The translations under genes were made by a program, and so were the position numbers. From Camelus dromedarius (lineage: Eukaryota), in the NCBI RefSeq assembly GCF_036321535.1, contig NC_087436.1, positions 8,866,001-8,930,000 on the forward strand: DNA of 64,000 nucleotides, read 5' to 3'. Shown one piece after another: positions 38,711-52,097 of the stretch (the first letter of the stretch is position 1; the number at the start of each line of letters is the position of its first letter). The notes under the pieces were generated by a model. The model worked only from the letters and a program-made list of their open reading frames with translations, ran no database searches and was not told the origin of the DNA.

Positions 38711-39759
38711 TTAAAAATATTTTTTAAATCAGCCTGTTTTTCTAAAGTGACTTCTTTGTTCAAAATTGTGATATTTTACCATAATTTATCATATATTAAA
38801 ATTCTATAATCATATAGACAGCAATTTAGTATTTAGGTTTGTGGTACACATTTTTGTCATTGGTTATATTGTAAATAAGATACAAATGAATGTTTAGCTC
38901 TTGAATGTATGTTTATTTTATTTTACTAGTTAAGGTATAATGCCCTTGTAAGCGTTCTTTAGTACTAAAACTGCAGTGACAATGATTTCAAATGCTGTTT
39001 GTTACCTGGTAAACACTATGTGGATACTAACTCCCTCCCCTGATCTCTGTGAAGAGAAGTCACAGTGGTTAACCAACCATAACTCATCCTGCCTAGCCTT
39101 TATTTTCATCATTTCATTTTATCCTTAAAACCACAATATCAAGTAGGTTTTATATTATTGGCATTGCACAGAGAAACTCAGGCACTGAAAGTCTGAGTAT
39201 TTACCTGGGTCAACGGTGAGTCAAGGTTGAATGGAGGCTTAAAACCTAAGCGCACCCTCCTCCACTGCCAACCCCACTCCACTATGCAACCACAAAGTAC
39301 GAACGCATTCTGAGTGCACCATGATTTTTTCGGCAACTGATTTAATCAAAACTTGAAGTGGTTTTTGATCAAAACAAGTTAATGGGCGCATTTGAATATT
39401 ATTTGGAACATATTTTTAACCTTTAAAGCTAGATCTCAAGTGATACTTGGGTGTTCTGATAATCTGTATTAGACTGTTATCATTTTAAATAACTAGTGAG
39501 AGGTGTTTGACAGTATCATAGAAATATCCCCTTAAAATCATGCAACCTTCAAAACTGAGGAAAATAAATCAATATTTAATGTCAGAAAAGTTCTATTACT
39601 TTTATTGGTGTTCAGGTCACATAAGATACGTATTGAATAGTGTATTTAAAAAGTATCAATATCAGGATAAAAAAGTCCAAAATATTTGTACAAAGTTTTA
39701 TCAGAAAATCATTATAAAAGGATGGTGAATGGGTAATCCTTCTTATAGTTATAATGAAT

Positions 39760-39975
39760 AACTCCTGTTGAGCGATTCCAATGTGTAAGCTATGGTTCTA
39801 AGCATTTTTTCGTAAATCAGCTCAATTGACATAACTCTTATTTTACAAATGAAGCGGCACACACAGCGTGGTTAGGTTGCTTGCTCAAGGTCACATGGAC
39901 ATTCAAGTGGCAGAGCTGGGACTGAATGCCCGGCGACCTGGCTGGAGGGCTGGCTCTCCCAACCACCACACCTTC
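39760..39975 (-). mobile_element. MIR SINE
   Basis: attttacaaatga...ttgctcaaggtcaca...agtggcagagctgggactgaa. Confidence 0.8.
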
Positions 39976-40128
39976 CTGACTCTTCACCGCCAAGATGCCA
40001 CTAAAATCACTGCTGGTTGCTTTTCTAGAAAGCAGGTTTTTCTTCTCTGTTTCCTTTCTTATGTTTTGTTTTCTGTCTTTCTCTAAGTGGAATTAGAGTA
40101 AAGAAGAAAATAGCTTCTGGGTTTACTA

Positions 40129-40242
40129 TTTTTTTGATGGAGAGGTTTATTCATTCATTTATTTATTTATTTTAATGGCGGTACTGGGGACTGACCCCAG
40201 GACCTTGTGCTTGTTAAGCATGAGCTCTACCAAACTCCCCCC
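40129..40242 (-). mobile_element. Vic-1-type SINE
   Basis: tttatttattttaatggcggtactggggactgaccccaggaccttgtgc...ctctacc; TSD gtttact at 40121 and 40245. Confidence 0.88.
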
Positions 40243-41085
40243 AAGTTTACTTTAGTATTTGCAGCTATATTAACTTTTAAATTTCAGCATAATATTAAAA
40301 TCATTTCTACTTAAAACCTCCAAGAAATATTAGACAACATCTACAATTTTATTTCTTTCTTGGTATTTGGTTTTAAGAAAAGACAACAGTTTGTAGCATT
40401 GCAAACTTAACAGTAATGTCAAGGTCCTAAAATAGCTACAATTTATTAGAAATCCATCAGCTTTGAAGAATCATCCATAAAAATGATCTCAGGTATAATT
40501 GGCTTTGTATAAATGTAAGAAATAGGTACAATAAAAGGATTTTCAGCCCTGTAATTTTTAGGATCCTGACTTCTTGATCATTTTAGCTTTGATTTAGGAG
40601 ATAGAGTGTCACTATTATTTTAAAAATAGTATTTTCACTATATCTCATAATTCTTCTAAACCAATACTGTGTCAAATTCATTTTCTATAATGGGAATTAT
40701 TTTTTAAAAAGGACTCCATTATCATTTTTAAACCATACCAGATAAACAATGCTTAATGAATTCTTAGTATTTGATACACTAGCAGGTATTGTAACATTTC
40801 AAGAAATTCATATGATATGCTACATATTTGCATATTATATATAAAATTATTTCATTATTTCATCATGATGTAGTCAGGGAAGGACAGGTTTTTCTGCAGT
40901 GCTAGGCAATCAAAAAAAAAAAAAAAAAACCCTGTTACATATCCACAGTGTGTTGGTTGAAGCCTTGCTCAATTTCATCTCTATTTTGGGGGCCCAGTTT
41001 TGTGATGCTGCCACTACCTGGAAAATTTTCTGGTCCTTCAGTTAGAAAAGAGAGTTTTGACAACCATGAATCAGTTCTTAAACTG

Positions 41086-41182
41086 TGAAAAGTGACACAC
41101 ATAACACTTTCATTTCTATTCAATTGGCCAATGACTGAAAAGTGACATACACATCACTTTTGTTTCCATTCAATTGACCAAA
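41086..41182 (+). repeat. Two-copy tandem duplication (period 50 bp) inside an old MLT1-like fragment
   Basis: tgaaaagtgacacac...attcaattggccaa at 41086 and tgaaaagtgacatac...attcaattgaccaa at 41136. Confidence 0.85.
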
Positions 41183-42014
41183 GTAAGTTGCACAGCTGTC
41201 CTGAGTTCAGTAGGATGGGGGAGTGTTGTAAGTTTGTAGTGAAGGGATATGAAAAATGGGTTTATGTCTCTACAGGGATTCATGACAAATCTGTATGTCA
41301 CTGAACAAAGTAGTTGCTAAATTAATGTTCTTGAATGAATAAAGTAAAATGGTTTTTACATTAAAGACGTTTTCTTGGGAAGATCTTTAGAAAAAGTGTC
41401 CATTCACTTTTCCATCTGAGAAAACTCAAGATAACGTGGACTGTTTCCTCAGAAGGAACCCCCCCCCCCAACCACCAGCAGCAGAATCGTATTTCTTGGA
41501 GCATTGTCTCCTCAAACATCCAGCAGTGATAGGACGTCAGCTCGGACATGCTCTGATCTCTTTGACTCCTTAGATATACACGGGATATTATTTCTCAGTT
41601 ACCCACGAGAATAGTATTGAAACGGTTATACTGGTTAGAGTCATAGGGAAAAAACAATCTCTAAAGCATTGGTATGTCTTCTAGGTCAGGATTATCTGTG
41701 CTTGACGGACACAATCAAACACACGTCAAAGTTTCATCAGTGCTTTCCAAGCTACAACACACACACACACAGGTTCTCCAACTATATTGGATTTTTTCCC
41801 TTCGTCTCCTCTCTTTATTTCCTTCTTTGCTAAACAAGAATAATTCTATTATATAGTGCAGAATAATAGTAAAAGGCAAGCTCTTTAATATACACTATAG
41901 GAATAAAAATGGAGGAAGCAAAATCAACTTTAAAAATGGAAAATATTAATTGTCAGTGTCTTTAGGGACACTACTTACATTTAACCTATATTATCTGTAA
42001 GTGTCTAGGACTTT

Positions 42015-42410
42015 AAAAAAGTTTTTTATTGAAGTGTAATTGATTTATAAGGTTAGTTTCAGGTGTACAGCAAAGTGATTCAGTTATACATATAAATACA
42101 TATATGTATTTTTTCTTTTCAGATTATTTTCCGTTAGATGTTATTATAAGAAACTGAACGTGCTATATAGGAGGTCCTTGCTGTTTATCTATTTTACATA
42201 TAGTCCTGTGTGTCTGTTAACCCCCAAAACCCCTAACTGACCCCTCCCTGCCCTCTCCCGTTTGGTAACCACAGTTTGTTTTCTATGTCCATGCGTCTGT
42301 TTTTGGTTTGTAAATATAATTTGTGTCATTTTTTATATTTCACACATAAATGATATTATACATTTGTCTTTCTCTGTCTGACTTACTTTACTCAATATGA
42401 TAATCTCTAG
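42015..42410 (-). mobile_element. L1 3'UTR fragment
   Basis: Reverse L1 3'UTR; TSD aggacttt at 42007 and 42411. Confidence 0.92.
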
Positions 42411-43412
42411 AGGACTTTTTTCTCTCAATAGTCATAAAACTGATATTTTGATATCACCTCTGCTGTCATAAATTATCCTTAAGCAAAGGCAGCTCTTCTG
42501 GGTCTTAACACAATCAATAAAATCAATTTCTGTGTCAAAAATATGTACTCGTTTATTCCATTTAAATGGAATTGTTTGATACCACAAAGACCACAAAGGA
42601 AAGGTTAATTTTGCATAAGAGTTGCTACAGTATTTATACCCTGCATTGCCTGGTGAAAATATATATTGTAGAAAATTAGGCTGTAATGATGAGTATCATT
42701 CAGCATGTAAACTTGTACACAGTTTGTACAATGCCACATGTATTTCATCAAAATAGTCTATACACTTCAAAAGGGATGATACGGTTTCGGGAGATTTGAG
42801 CCAGAAAATGGTAGAAGTTGCTATTTATACAGATTAATAATAATGTGTTTTAGAATCAGCACCATGGGATGGAGATTACAGTGTCTGAAGAGAAGGGAAA
42901 CTAAAATGCACCGATTATATTACTGTGCACCATTTTGGGTTTTTAAAACATTAGCCCATTCATGTACCAGGCTGAACGATCACTGCCATGGAACAAGATG
43001 GAGATGACTGCTTTTTTAACACAGTTGAATTCTCTCGTGCAAAGGATACATGTGCACATGAGCACATGCACGTGTGCCCGTGTGCTGAGGGAGGACAGAG
43101 AGGGCGAGTCGGCTACACTGTCCCTAGTGGAGGAGAATCGTGGGTTTGGCTCAAAGTCATGGGGAAGGTCTCAGCATGAGACAATGGTCACTGGGTGACA
43201 GAAAGCAACCGGCGTCTCCATCCCAGGACGGCAGATTACGCAGCAAATAAAGTGACCTCTCTTTCCATTAACCCACAGACCTCCAAGGGCTCATCAGAAA
43301 CAAACAAAGAAACAAAGAGACAAACAAAAAACAGTTATGGTCTGTGTATTAATATGAGAGGAGACAAACATGACTGTAAGTAAATAAAATCAGAAATTTG
43401 TATAAATTTGCA

Positions 43413-43540
43413 GGGGAGAAGGTATACCTCAGTGGTAGGGTGAGTGCTTAGCATGCACGAGGTCCTGGGTTCAATCCCCAGTACCTCCAATAAATACATT
43501 AGTAAATAAACTTAGTTACCTCCCCCAAAAAATATGAAAA
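43413..43540 (+). mobile_element. Vic-1-type SINE
   Basis: ggtatacctcagtggtag...gcttagcatgcacgaggtcctgggttcaatccccagtacctcc; degenerate agaaattt-ta flanking repeat. Confidence 0.92.
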
Positions 43541-43639
43541 AGAAATTTTTACATTTTGGAGAGGAACAGGGTATGAGTTTGGAGGTTTGAGTTAAATTCT
43601 TCTGTGTCTCCAAGGACAAGAACTATTCAAGTAAAAATC

Positions 43640-43770
43640 TGACATCTTGTAGGAATTATTATTCCCATTAATTACACATGACAACATTGAAGCTTAGAAA
43701 GCTTGAATCCCTTGCTCACAGTAATTTAGCTAATAACTGAGAGAGCGAGGATTTGGAAGTTGATCTGGAT
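43640..43770 (-). mobile_element. MIR fragment
   Basis: attattattccca...tgaagcttagaaag...cttgctcaca...gctaataa...aggatttg. Confidence 0.6.
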
Positions 43771-44597
43771 GACTTCCTAGTTCTATTTCACAAGGAATAT
43801 ATAGAAATGTAGAAGCTCTTATAAAATGTTTACAGCATAAATATAAGTGAATTTTAACATAGTCTGTGTTGTTACAGTGCCTCTGTTAAACTTTTCTGTT
43901 TGGAGTGGAGAAACTTCAATTTTCTCTGGTTAAATGCCTGAACACAAACACAGGTGCACACAACCAAAAGCAATGTGAGAAACACTATTTCAGTATGACT
44001 TTCTTAATGACAAATGGCCAAAACAAAAGGTATGTGCAAATATACACCTACATATATACATATATATGCATATGATGCATGTGTGTTTAATTCATAAGAT
44101 TATTATATGTTTTCTATGATTTTTTCCACATATGAAATAATTTAATTCGAGATGGTAGTGTAAACACTATCAGAATATTTAAATGCTAGTAAAATATTTT
44201 ATAGTAACTCAGAAAACAAATTAAATTTAGAATCATATATATTCCATGTATTTTATTTTTAGTATATTTTGTTTTGCATGGTATATCATTTATAACTTTG
44301 ACTTCTCTCAAAGTTATGTAAGTTAAGGATACTTTTTGTTTCATTACAACCATCTTAAATGATAGGAGAAATAGTATAAAGGAAAATCCAGTTTATCAGA
44401 CACATGTGCAAACACACACACACCAGAACACATGACTTTTCAAAGTATTTAATTTACTTTAATTGTATTTTGGTTTCATTAGTATTTTCTCTTCATGACA
44501 GTTTGGTTAGTTTGTTAAGGTATAATATTATCTGAAAATGCACTGTAAATTGGTTAATTTATGCCATCTTTCAGACTCATCTAAGACATGTATTTTT

Positions 44598-45100
44598 AAG
44601 AAGCTGTGGTATATATATGCAATGGAATACTACACAGCCATAAAAATAATAAAATAACACCATTTGCAGCAACATGGATAGATCTGGAGATTGTCATTCT
44701 AAGTGAAGTAAGCCAGAAAGAGAAAGAAAAATACCATATGATATCACTTATATGTGGAATCTAAAAAAAAAAAAAAAGACAAATGAACTTATTTACAAAA
44801 CAGAAACAGACTCACATAGAAAACAAACTTATGGTTGCCAGTGGGGTGTGGGGGAAGTGGATGGGAAGAGATAAACTGGGAGTTCAGATTTGCAGATACT
44901 AACTACCACATATAAAATACATAAGCAACAAGTTTATACTGTACAGCATAGAGAACTATATTCAATATCTTGTAGTAACTTATGGTGGAAAAGAATATGA
45001 AAATGAATATGTGTATGTTCGTGTATGACTAAAGCATTGTGCCGTACACCAGAAATTGACACAACATTGTAAACTGACTATACTTCAGTTAAAAATATAT
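44598..45100 (+). mobile_element. 5'-truncated lineage L1
   Basis: aagaagctgtggtatatatatgcaatggaatac...ccagaaattgacacaacattgtaaactgactatacttca. Confidence 0.95.
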
Positions 45101-45891
45101 ATAAAGAATCATTATAGTTTCTCATTTTGTTAAATGAGGTTAGTAAGTTGACCCTCAGCCTTTCAAAGTGCTCACTGAATACACTCTTTAAATAAAGGCA
45201 GATCTGAAATATATACATGTATTAGAAATTATGCATCCAAATTCTAAGGGAAAATGATTGCCAAATATTAAAATATCTAAAAGAATTTATTGAATATAAT
45301 GTAATTCAAAGCCCCCCAAAATGAACAAATAAAAATAATAATTAAAAAAAAAACGCCCTCAGCATGCATTGTACCCTCTAGAATAAGGGTAAGTAGATAA
45401 TTTCCTGGGGGTTTTTTCCTCATATTTTACATCATTTATGTTCATTTCTATCAGTGAGATGAGAGAAAAAAATTGTTTTCCTGATAGTATCCCTGATGAA
45501 TTCTATCAAATCATGTCCCATTTTTTTCTAGCCCGTCGATTTTCTAACTATAATATTAATAGAACACAATTCTGCTTTAGGGAAGTTATAATAAAACCCA
45601 TACAGTTTAATCATATAGATGAATAAGTATTAAGTGACTGATTGGATTTTCCAAAAATGCATATTTCACTTTTAAAAAAGGAAGTCTTAAACTTTCCTTA
45701 ACTGTAATCGCTTATCTGTTGCTTTTTCTGGGGTATATGTCAGCTTTTGCTAGCACTGTTACACTAGTTAATAGCTGATGTTAGGGACATGGTCCCAGGG
45801 GCAAAGTTATTTCTTTTTGGGTAGGTATTTACACCTCTTCATCCTGGTCAGAAAAAAAAAGTAAAACTGATTTCAAATGTTCTATGCATTT

Positions 45892-46085
45892 CAGCATGGC
45901 TTACCCAGGTTCTGACTGAGTAATAAGATTATCTCGGGTCCACCACTTACACTCTTTGTAGCCTTAGATAAGCTACAACTTTGACTCACTTTCCACATCA
46001 ATACAATGAAAGTCATAACCTCTCCTTTCCAGGCTCAAGATGAAGGTTGAATAAAATTGTCCACCTTACCAGACAGTAGATAACA
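45892..46085 (+). mobile_element. MIR SINE, degenerate
   Basis: ccaccacttac...gccttagataag...ctcactttccacatc. Confidence 0.5.
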
Positions 46086-47063
46086 AAACTAAGTACCATA
46101 AAAAGACATGTTTATAAACATAGGAAAAAAACCTGTGTACATTTCTTTGTAGTGTTAAGTTGAACGTTAAACACAGACTAGTTCTGGAACTCAGAGTTCG
46201 GCCAGGGTGGGGCTGGTTGCAGGGGTGGGGAAAGAAAAAAGCCTTTTACTAGAATTTGAGGGAAAACTGATGTTGATGGGAGAAACTAAGGACACGTTAG
46301 GCAGTTATGCTTTGAATTATGGAAAGTTAAAAGTGACTGACAGTCACCTTCTGGTTGAGCAGAACGATTGCTCAAAAGAGTAATAAAAAGAGGCTTCTGG
46401 TACCTACGGAGCGTCTTCCAGTGACCATCTCAGCGCTCGGAGTAGAGGCTGCTTGTACAGGAAAGAGGGTATTATTTCTTTGGACGAGTGCCATGGACAA
46501 CTGTGGAGTCCCTACCCAACACAGTAATTCCCCTTGACACCCTTTGATCATAAGCATTTATATTCATTGGAAATGATCCCATACCTCTCCAATGGCTTAC
46601 AAGAACAAAAGATATTTAATTTCATAGTGGGTGATGGGGAGTTTTATTTCTCCACGGGATTTACTAATGTTGTTTCAACAAAAACACCAATTTTATAGAC
46701 AATCATGTACTTCCCTGAGTCAGAGAGTGTGACTCAAATGAGAAATCCTAGGAATAAATGAATTAGGTTAAGCTATTGTGTAAATAGTAGCTGGCTTTCA
46801 AGTGACTAGACGCGTCATTCGAAATATTTTATAAAATATGTAAGAATGAACTATATAAACTATAATAGATAAAATTCAATATTTGCTAAATTATTTTAAA
46901 ATATTTTAAATGCCATATTTATCATACTGTATGCATTCACACATATTACTGGAACTCAGAAGGTTATTATTTCTTTTTAACTCAAAGCAAAAAAAAAAAT
47001 ACCATGTCATTTGGCAAATCATTTCCCTAAATCTAAACCTGATGAAACTGACATGTAACTCAC

Positions 47064-47198
47064 AGCATAACTGAGGCACACTTCTGAGGAATACAATTGT
47101 GAGTTCTGTTTTGTGTTTTTCCTTCTAGTCTCGCTACAAGTTCTACAGTTTGGAAGAAAAGACGAATGTTCTCAGGAAGCTGACTCAAGGCAGTAATA
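47064..47198 (-). other. Candidate internal exon (135 nt, phase 2-2)
   Basis: ctctcctctctttcag|TATTACTGCC...GTTATGCT|gtgagt; only one of three frames is open. Confidence 0.3.
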
Positions 47199-48519
47199 CT
47201 GAAAGAGAGGAGAGTCTGATTAAGCCCTAATTGTGCTATGTAAACATAGGGCAATATTGCCAAAACGTATCTTTGGAGAGATTTCTAACTGGCATAGTCA
47301 GAGCTACTCTGCAAACCCTGAAATCTGACAGTAGAAGAAAATTATATGTTCAGATCTGTAAGGAATATACGCAAAGGAAACAAATCTCTCCTTTGAGCAT
47401 AAACAGACTCATTTATTTCAGTATAATGTCGGTATGCTTGTTTACAAGCAGAGTACTGACTCACATTTGTTTCAGGATGTATAGTTAGATTGGAAATTTG
47501 CAGAAGCTCAGAGAAATCTGCTCCTAATTATTCATTGCATCAATGACAAAACAATATATAGGAAGTGCAGAAAAAAAAACACAGAGCAGTACAGGGTTTG
47601 GGTCTTGGATTATATTTGAAATTTATGGGAAGGATAAAATATCTACCTACTTCGAGTACTGTTTAATAGTTTGCTGGTTTTCTGGTCAGATAGGAACATC
47701 ATTTGTACTATTAGAGACACCAATCATATTACACTGAAGCTAACTTAATAACGTCTAATTTTTTCTCACTTTGATTGGTAAGATAAACACCCCCAAGTTA
47801 AATGCAATCTCAGTTCAATGGATATTTTTCCAAATTGTACACATTAAAGTGGTCATAATATTGTCTGGATTGGGAAGAATAATTCAACACAGGGGAGGAG
47901 GAGACACTAAGTAAAGTAACAGCATCTGGGTCTGAATGAGAAATAAAGCTCACAGCAGAAAAAAAGCAAGATATTTTAACTCTGCTGTTTGTTACTTTGT
48001 GTGCTAATTTAGTTTTTAAATGCTTGCATACATCATGCCATGAAGGAGCCTGCAGTCTGATAGAGACACAGTACAAAACACAAACCTGTAACAGTCTTCT
48101 TTCAGGGGCACAATCCAAACCACATGCATGTAACACAGAATACTAACTAGCAATAGCAAGGGGGAAATATTTGGATGCCAAGGGAACAGTGAGAGACTTC
48201 CGTTTGGAAGATGGGAAAATTCTCATGTATCACAAGGAATATGAATTTTCCTTAAAAGATAATTCAGGCTGAATTTCTAGATCTGGAAAGTAGAAGGAAG
48301 AGCATGAGGAAAGGTCTGGTAGTGGGCAAACGTGTCTGCATAAGAAAATGGAAAGTATCACAACTAAACACCTTGTCATTTTCAAAGATACACTTCAAGG
48401 GAAATATTAATAATATCTTTAATTATAAAATTAATTAATGATTTAGGAAGGTCTGCATAGCATCAAAGTGTAGTCATTTTTTTAAAAGCCATTATGAAAC
48501 ACCCTGTGGTTTAGTTATA

Positions 48520-50055
48520 TGCAATCATCAAACATTTCTTGAGCATATACTGGACTAGATACTGAATTGATTCAGAGAAAAAAGAGTGAACAAGGCAGCT
48601 AAATTCGTATCTCTCTTTATAGAATTTATATTCTAACAGAAAAGAAAAGGAACTGCTATTTATATCTGTGCCTCTATTGTTTATTTGCACGCTGGTATAT
48701 GTAGGCATGTGTATTTACCCATTCACTTGAAGGTAACCAAGTGAATGGGTAATGTAAATTCAAATATTCATAGGTATCATAAAGAATAAAACCCAGGAGG
48801 AGGGTAGAAAGTTTGGATGGGAGTTAAAGATCTAAGGCATAAATGTCTCCTGAAACCTTCACAATGAACAGAAATGGGGCTTTGGACAACCTGAGGGAAA
48901 AGGGTTAGGGCAGAGAGCTCCAGAACTCAAGGCCCTGGGGCCAGAGGTGGTGAAGGAATGGAAAAATGGGCCATGTGGATGACAGCAAAGTAAACTTGCA
49001 GAGGGAATGACAAGATGAGGGTCAGGTGGATGGAGAATCTACCATTTTGGTAGACTGCTGAGTAGAGCTTGGAATTTAAGCACTGTTGGAATTTCATTGA
49101 CTGGGATGTCCAAGATCAGCAGTAGCTTGATCTGACTTGCCCTTAGACTTACCGTATGATCCAGCAATCCCACTCCTGGGAATGTATCTGGAGGTAACTC
49201 TAATTCAAAAAGATACATGCACTCCAGTTTTCATAACAGTACTATTTACAATAGCTAAGACATGGAAGCAACCTAAATGTCCATCAACAGATGACTGAAT
49301 AAAGAAGATGTGGTATATTTACACAATGGAATACTACTCAGCCATAAAAAAGAATAATGCCATTTGCAGCAAAATGGATGGACCTAGATAGAGATCACCA
49401 TTCTGAGTGCAGTAAGCCAGAAGGAGAAAGAAAAATACCATATGGCATCACTCATATGTGGAATCCAAAAAAAAAAGAAAAAATGAAAAAAGAGGACACT
49501 AATGAACGCATCTACAAAACAGAAACAAACTCGCAGTAACAATCTTATGGCTACTGGGGGAAAGGGAGTAGGAAGAGATAAATTTGGGAGTTTGAGATCT
49601 GCAAATGTTAGCCACTATATATAAAAATAGATTAAAAAATGAGTTCCTTCTGCATAGCACATGGAACTATATTTAATATCTTATAATAACTTTTAATGAA
49701 AAAGAATGCAAAAATGAATATATATATGTATTGCATGACTGGGACATTGTGCTGTACACTAGAAATTGACACATTGTAACTGACTGTACTTCAATTACAA
49801 AAAAAAAAAAAATGATTCTAATTGCAAAGCTGGAAACAGAGAAGTGGTATGTAAAAAACACCCCTGCCGTTGGAGGTGAGGGAGGAAACGGGCTTGGACT
49901 AGGTGGTAGTGGAAGACAGATGAAAATTGATCAGTTTTTCAAATCGGATGTGTATATTGAGGATTTCGGTTACAGGACCTGCTCACAGATGGAATGTGTG
50001 ATGGGAGGGAAAGAGTGGAGTCAAAGATATTTTCTGGGTTTTTGTCTGAGCACCT
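48520..50055 (-). mobile_element. L2 LINE remnant, interrupted by an L1
   Basis: caaacatttcttgagc tail; caaggccctg, tgatctgactt and ggagtcaaagat...gtctgagca L2 motifs. Confidence 0.7.
49146..49812 (+). mobile_element. 5'-truncated lineage L1
   Basis: agacttaccgtatgatccagcaatcccactcctggg...actgactgtacttcaatt followed by polyA. Confidence 0.95.
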
Positions 50056-50350
50056 CAGTAAAAATATGTTTCAATCCACTTAGAATTATTTTTTCTAAGA
50101 AATCCAAAAGATAATTCTGCAGGAGCAATTATTTATAATATTAAGTTATCAAAGTAAAGTTAGTCTTAACTGCTGCATTATTCTGACCTGCTTGGAATGC
50201 TGTTCCTCCCCCATCCCTTCCACCAATCTAAGTGCTATGGTGCCACTTGCATTTTATTACACGCTATATTCCCATAGATTATTTCCCCACCAGCCTCCAG
50301 AAGTATCTTTTAACAAATTTATCTCAATTTTAATTACATAATTTTTTTTC

Positions 50351-50470
50351 AGAAAAAAAGTTTTTTTTTTTTTTATTGGAGTGTAGTTATTTCCAATGTT
50401 AGTTTCAGGTGTACAGCAAAGCCATTCAGTTATACATACACATACGTATTTTTTCAGATTCTTTTCCATT
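50351..50470 (-). mobile_element. Short L1 3' end
   Basis: polyT then attggagtgtagtt...aatgttagtttcaggtgtacagcaaag. Confidence 0.88.
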
Positions 50471-50504
50471 ATTACTTATTTTTTAACTTAATAAGTTAAG
50501 GTTT

Positions 50505-50625
50505 ACAGCCCCAATATGAGGGCTCCAGAATGGCAGAGGCTGGGTCTGTTACACTCACAGATTATTCTCAATACTAGGACCTTGAAGACAGTTGAATGTC
50601 AATAAATGTTTATTGAGTGAGTAAG
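50505..50625 (+). mobile_element. L2 3' end
   Basis: gctccaga...ggcagaggc...gtctgtt...tcaataaatgtttattgagtgagt. Confidence 0.7.
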
Positions 50626-52097
50626 CAATTCTGTTTCTTGTCTCACCTCATAATTTTTCTCCAATCCTTTATATGCGATCTCCTGCTGTCTTTTTCTATC
50701 ACGCTTTGCTTCCTCTTATTTCTGTCAACAACTCATTGGTTAAGTGAGAAGCAGCAGCTTTCAGCCCATTTGTAGCCATCAATCAAATTCAAAGACCCGG
50801 GCAACCATTCATGCCCTACTTTGAAAGCCCTTGACTTACGTGCATATATCAATTCCATAAAAGGTGTATTTAGAGAGCCTGCCTTTGCTATCTCTCGGCG
50901 CTATGATGAGCACTGAGGATAACATATTGAGCAGAAGGTGTGATCCTTGCCATTGGGAAAATTAAGTTCTGATGGAGGAGACAGACATTCACCAATCAAG
51001 CCCAAAACACCCTAACCTCCAGTCCAGGTTAGCTGCCGTCTTCCATAGACATGGCCATGAACTGCTCCCGTTCTAAAGTTGTCATTCTAATCCTGATTCC
51101 TGCACCACATATCCGTCCCCTCCACCAGTCTCATTCTACTGGTTCTGCTCTGTGAGTCCATGGAGATATGTAGCCCAGGGCCTTGGCTTGGAGCCTAGAG
51201 GCCTGCTTTGTCCCTGGCTTTACCTCTGGCTGCCTCTTCCTTTGACACTCCGTGGAGCTCCTCTCTTGCCTAGAGCTGTACCCTCTTCAGTGCTGCTTTC
51301 AGCCACCGATTCTTGGTAAAGCCCCATCTGTAATATATTTACTTATCTTTCATTCTCTAATTCTATGGATGCAATAGAACGTTGCTGGAGAAAATCCCAT
51401 TGAGGTTTTAATCAGCAGCTTTGCAAGTCTGTGGGTTGCCATCTCCATTGGGACCAGTGTTCAGTAGACCTGTCATGTGTTCCTAGTCAGGTCTCACTGA
51501 CGTCCACGCTCTCCAGGAATCTTTCTTGACACTGTTTCCTCGTCTCTTAGCAGATGGAATTGCTTTACATTTTTGGACTCTTTGGTCTATCAAAAGTAAG
51601 GCTCTTAACTTAATATGCTGGGACCAGCACACTCACCTAGAGCCGTGAATTTTCCTACTGCCGTCATTTCTCTCCTGCAGGAGTGGATGAGGGCTGCTCC
51701 CCACGCCCCTCCCCACCCTGTCAACATTCGAAGGTTTATACAAATGCTAATCTACAAACCTCTCAGCTCTTGAACTTTTCTCTTTGATTCATCATACGTT
51801 GCGCCGCAACATGAACCTTAGTAAGAGGTGTTTCACTGGGTTACGTCCATGTCCCAAAACTTTCAGAAATTCTTCCAGCCTTTAGTAGATTTCTCAATTT
51901 CTTCACCTGTTTACTTAAAACTCTTAGCCCGGCTTAAGTGTCACTATCTAAAGTTGTTTTCTACAATGCTTATTCTAACATACAGACTCCCAATTCATAG
52001 AGCCTTGCTCTGCAACAGTCTGTATCTTATTATTATTTTAAAAATTATACTTTTTCGATTTCAAAAATTTGGGGAAAAGAATTCAAATCAAAATGTC

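Noticed and set aside
47064..47198. Resemblance of LPENIRLFF to the dynein heavy-chain LPDNLKALF motif
   Set aside because: Flanking residues do not match the dynein AAA1 context and no other dynein exons are visible.
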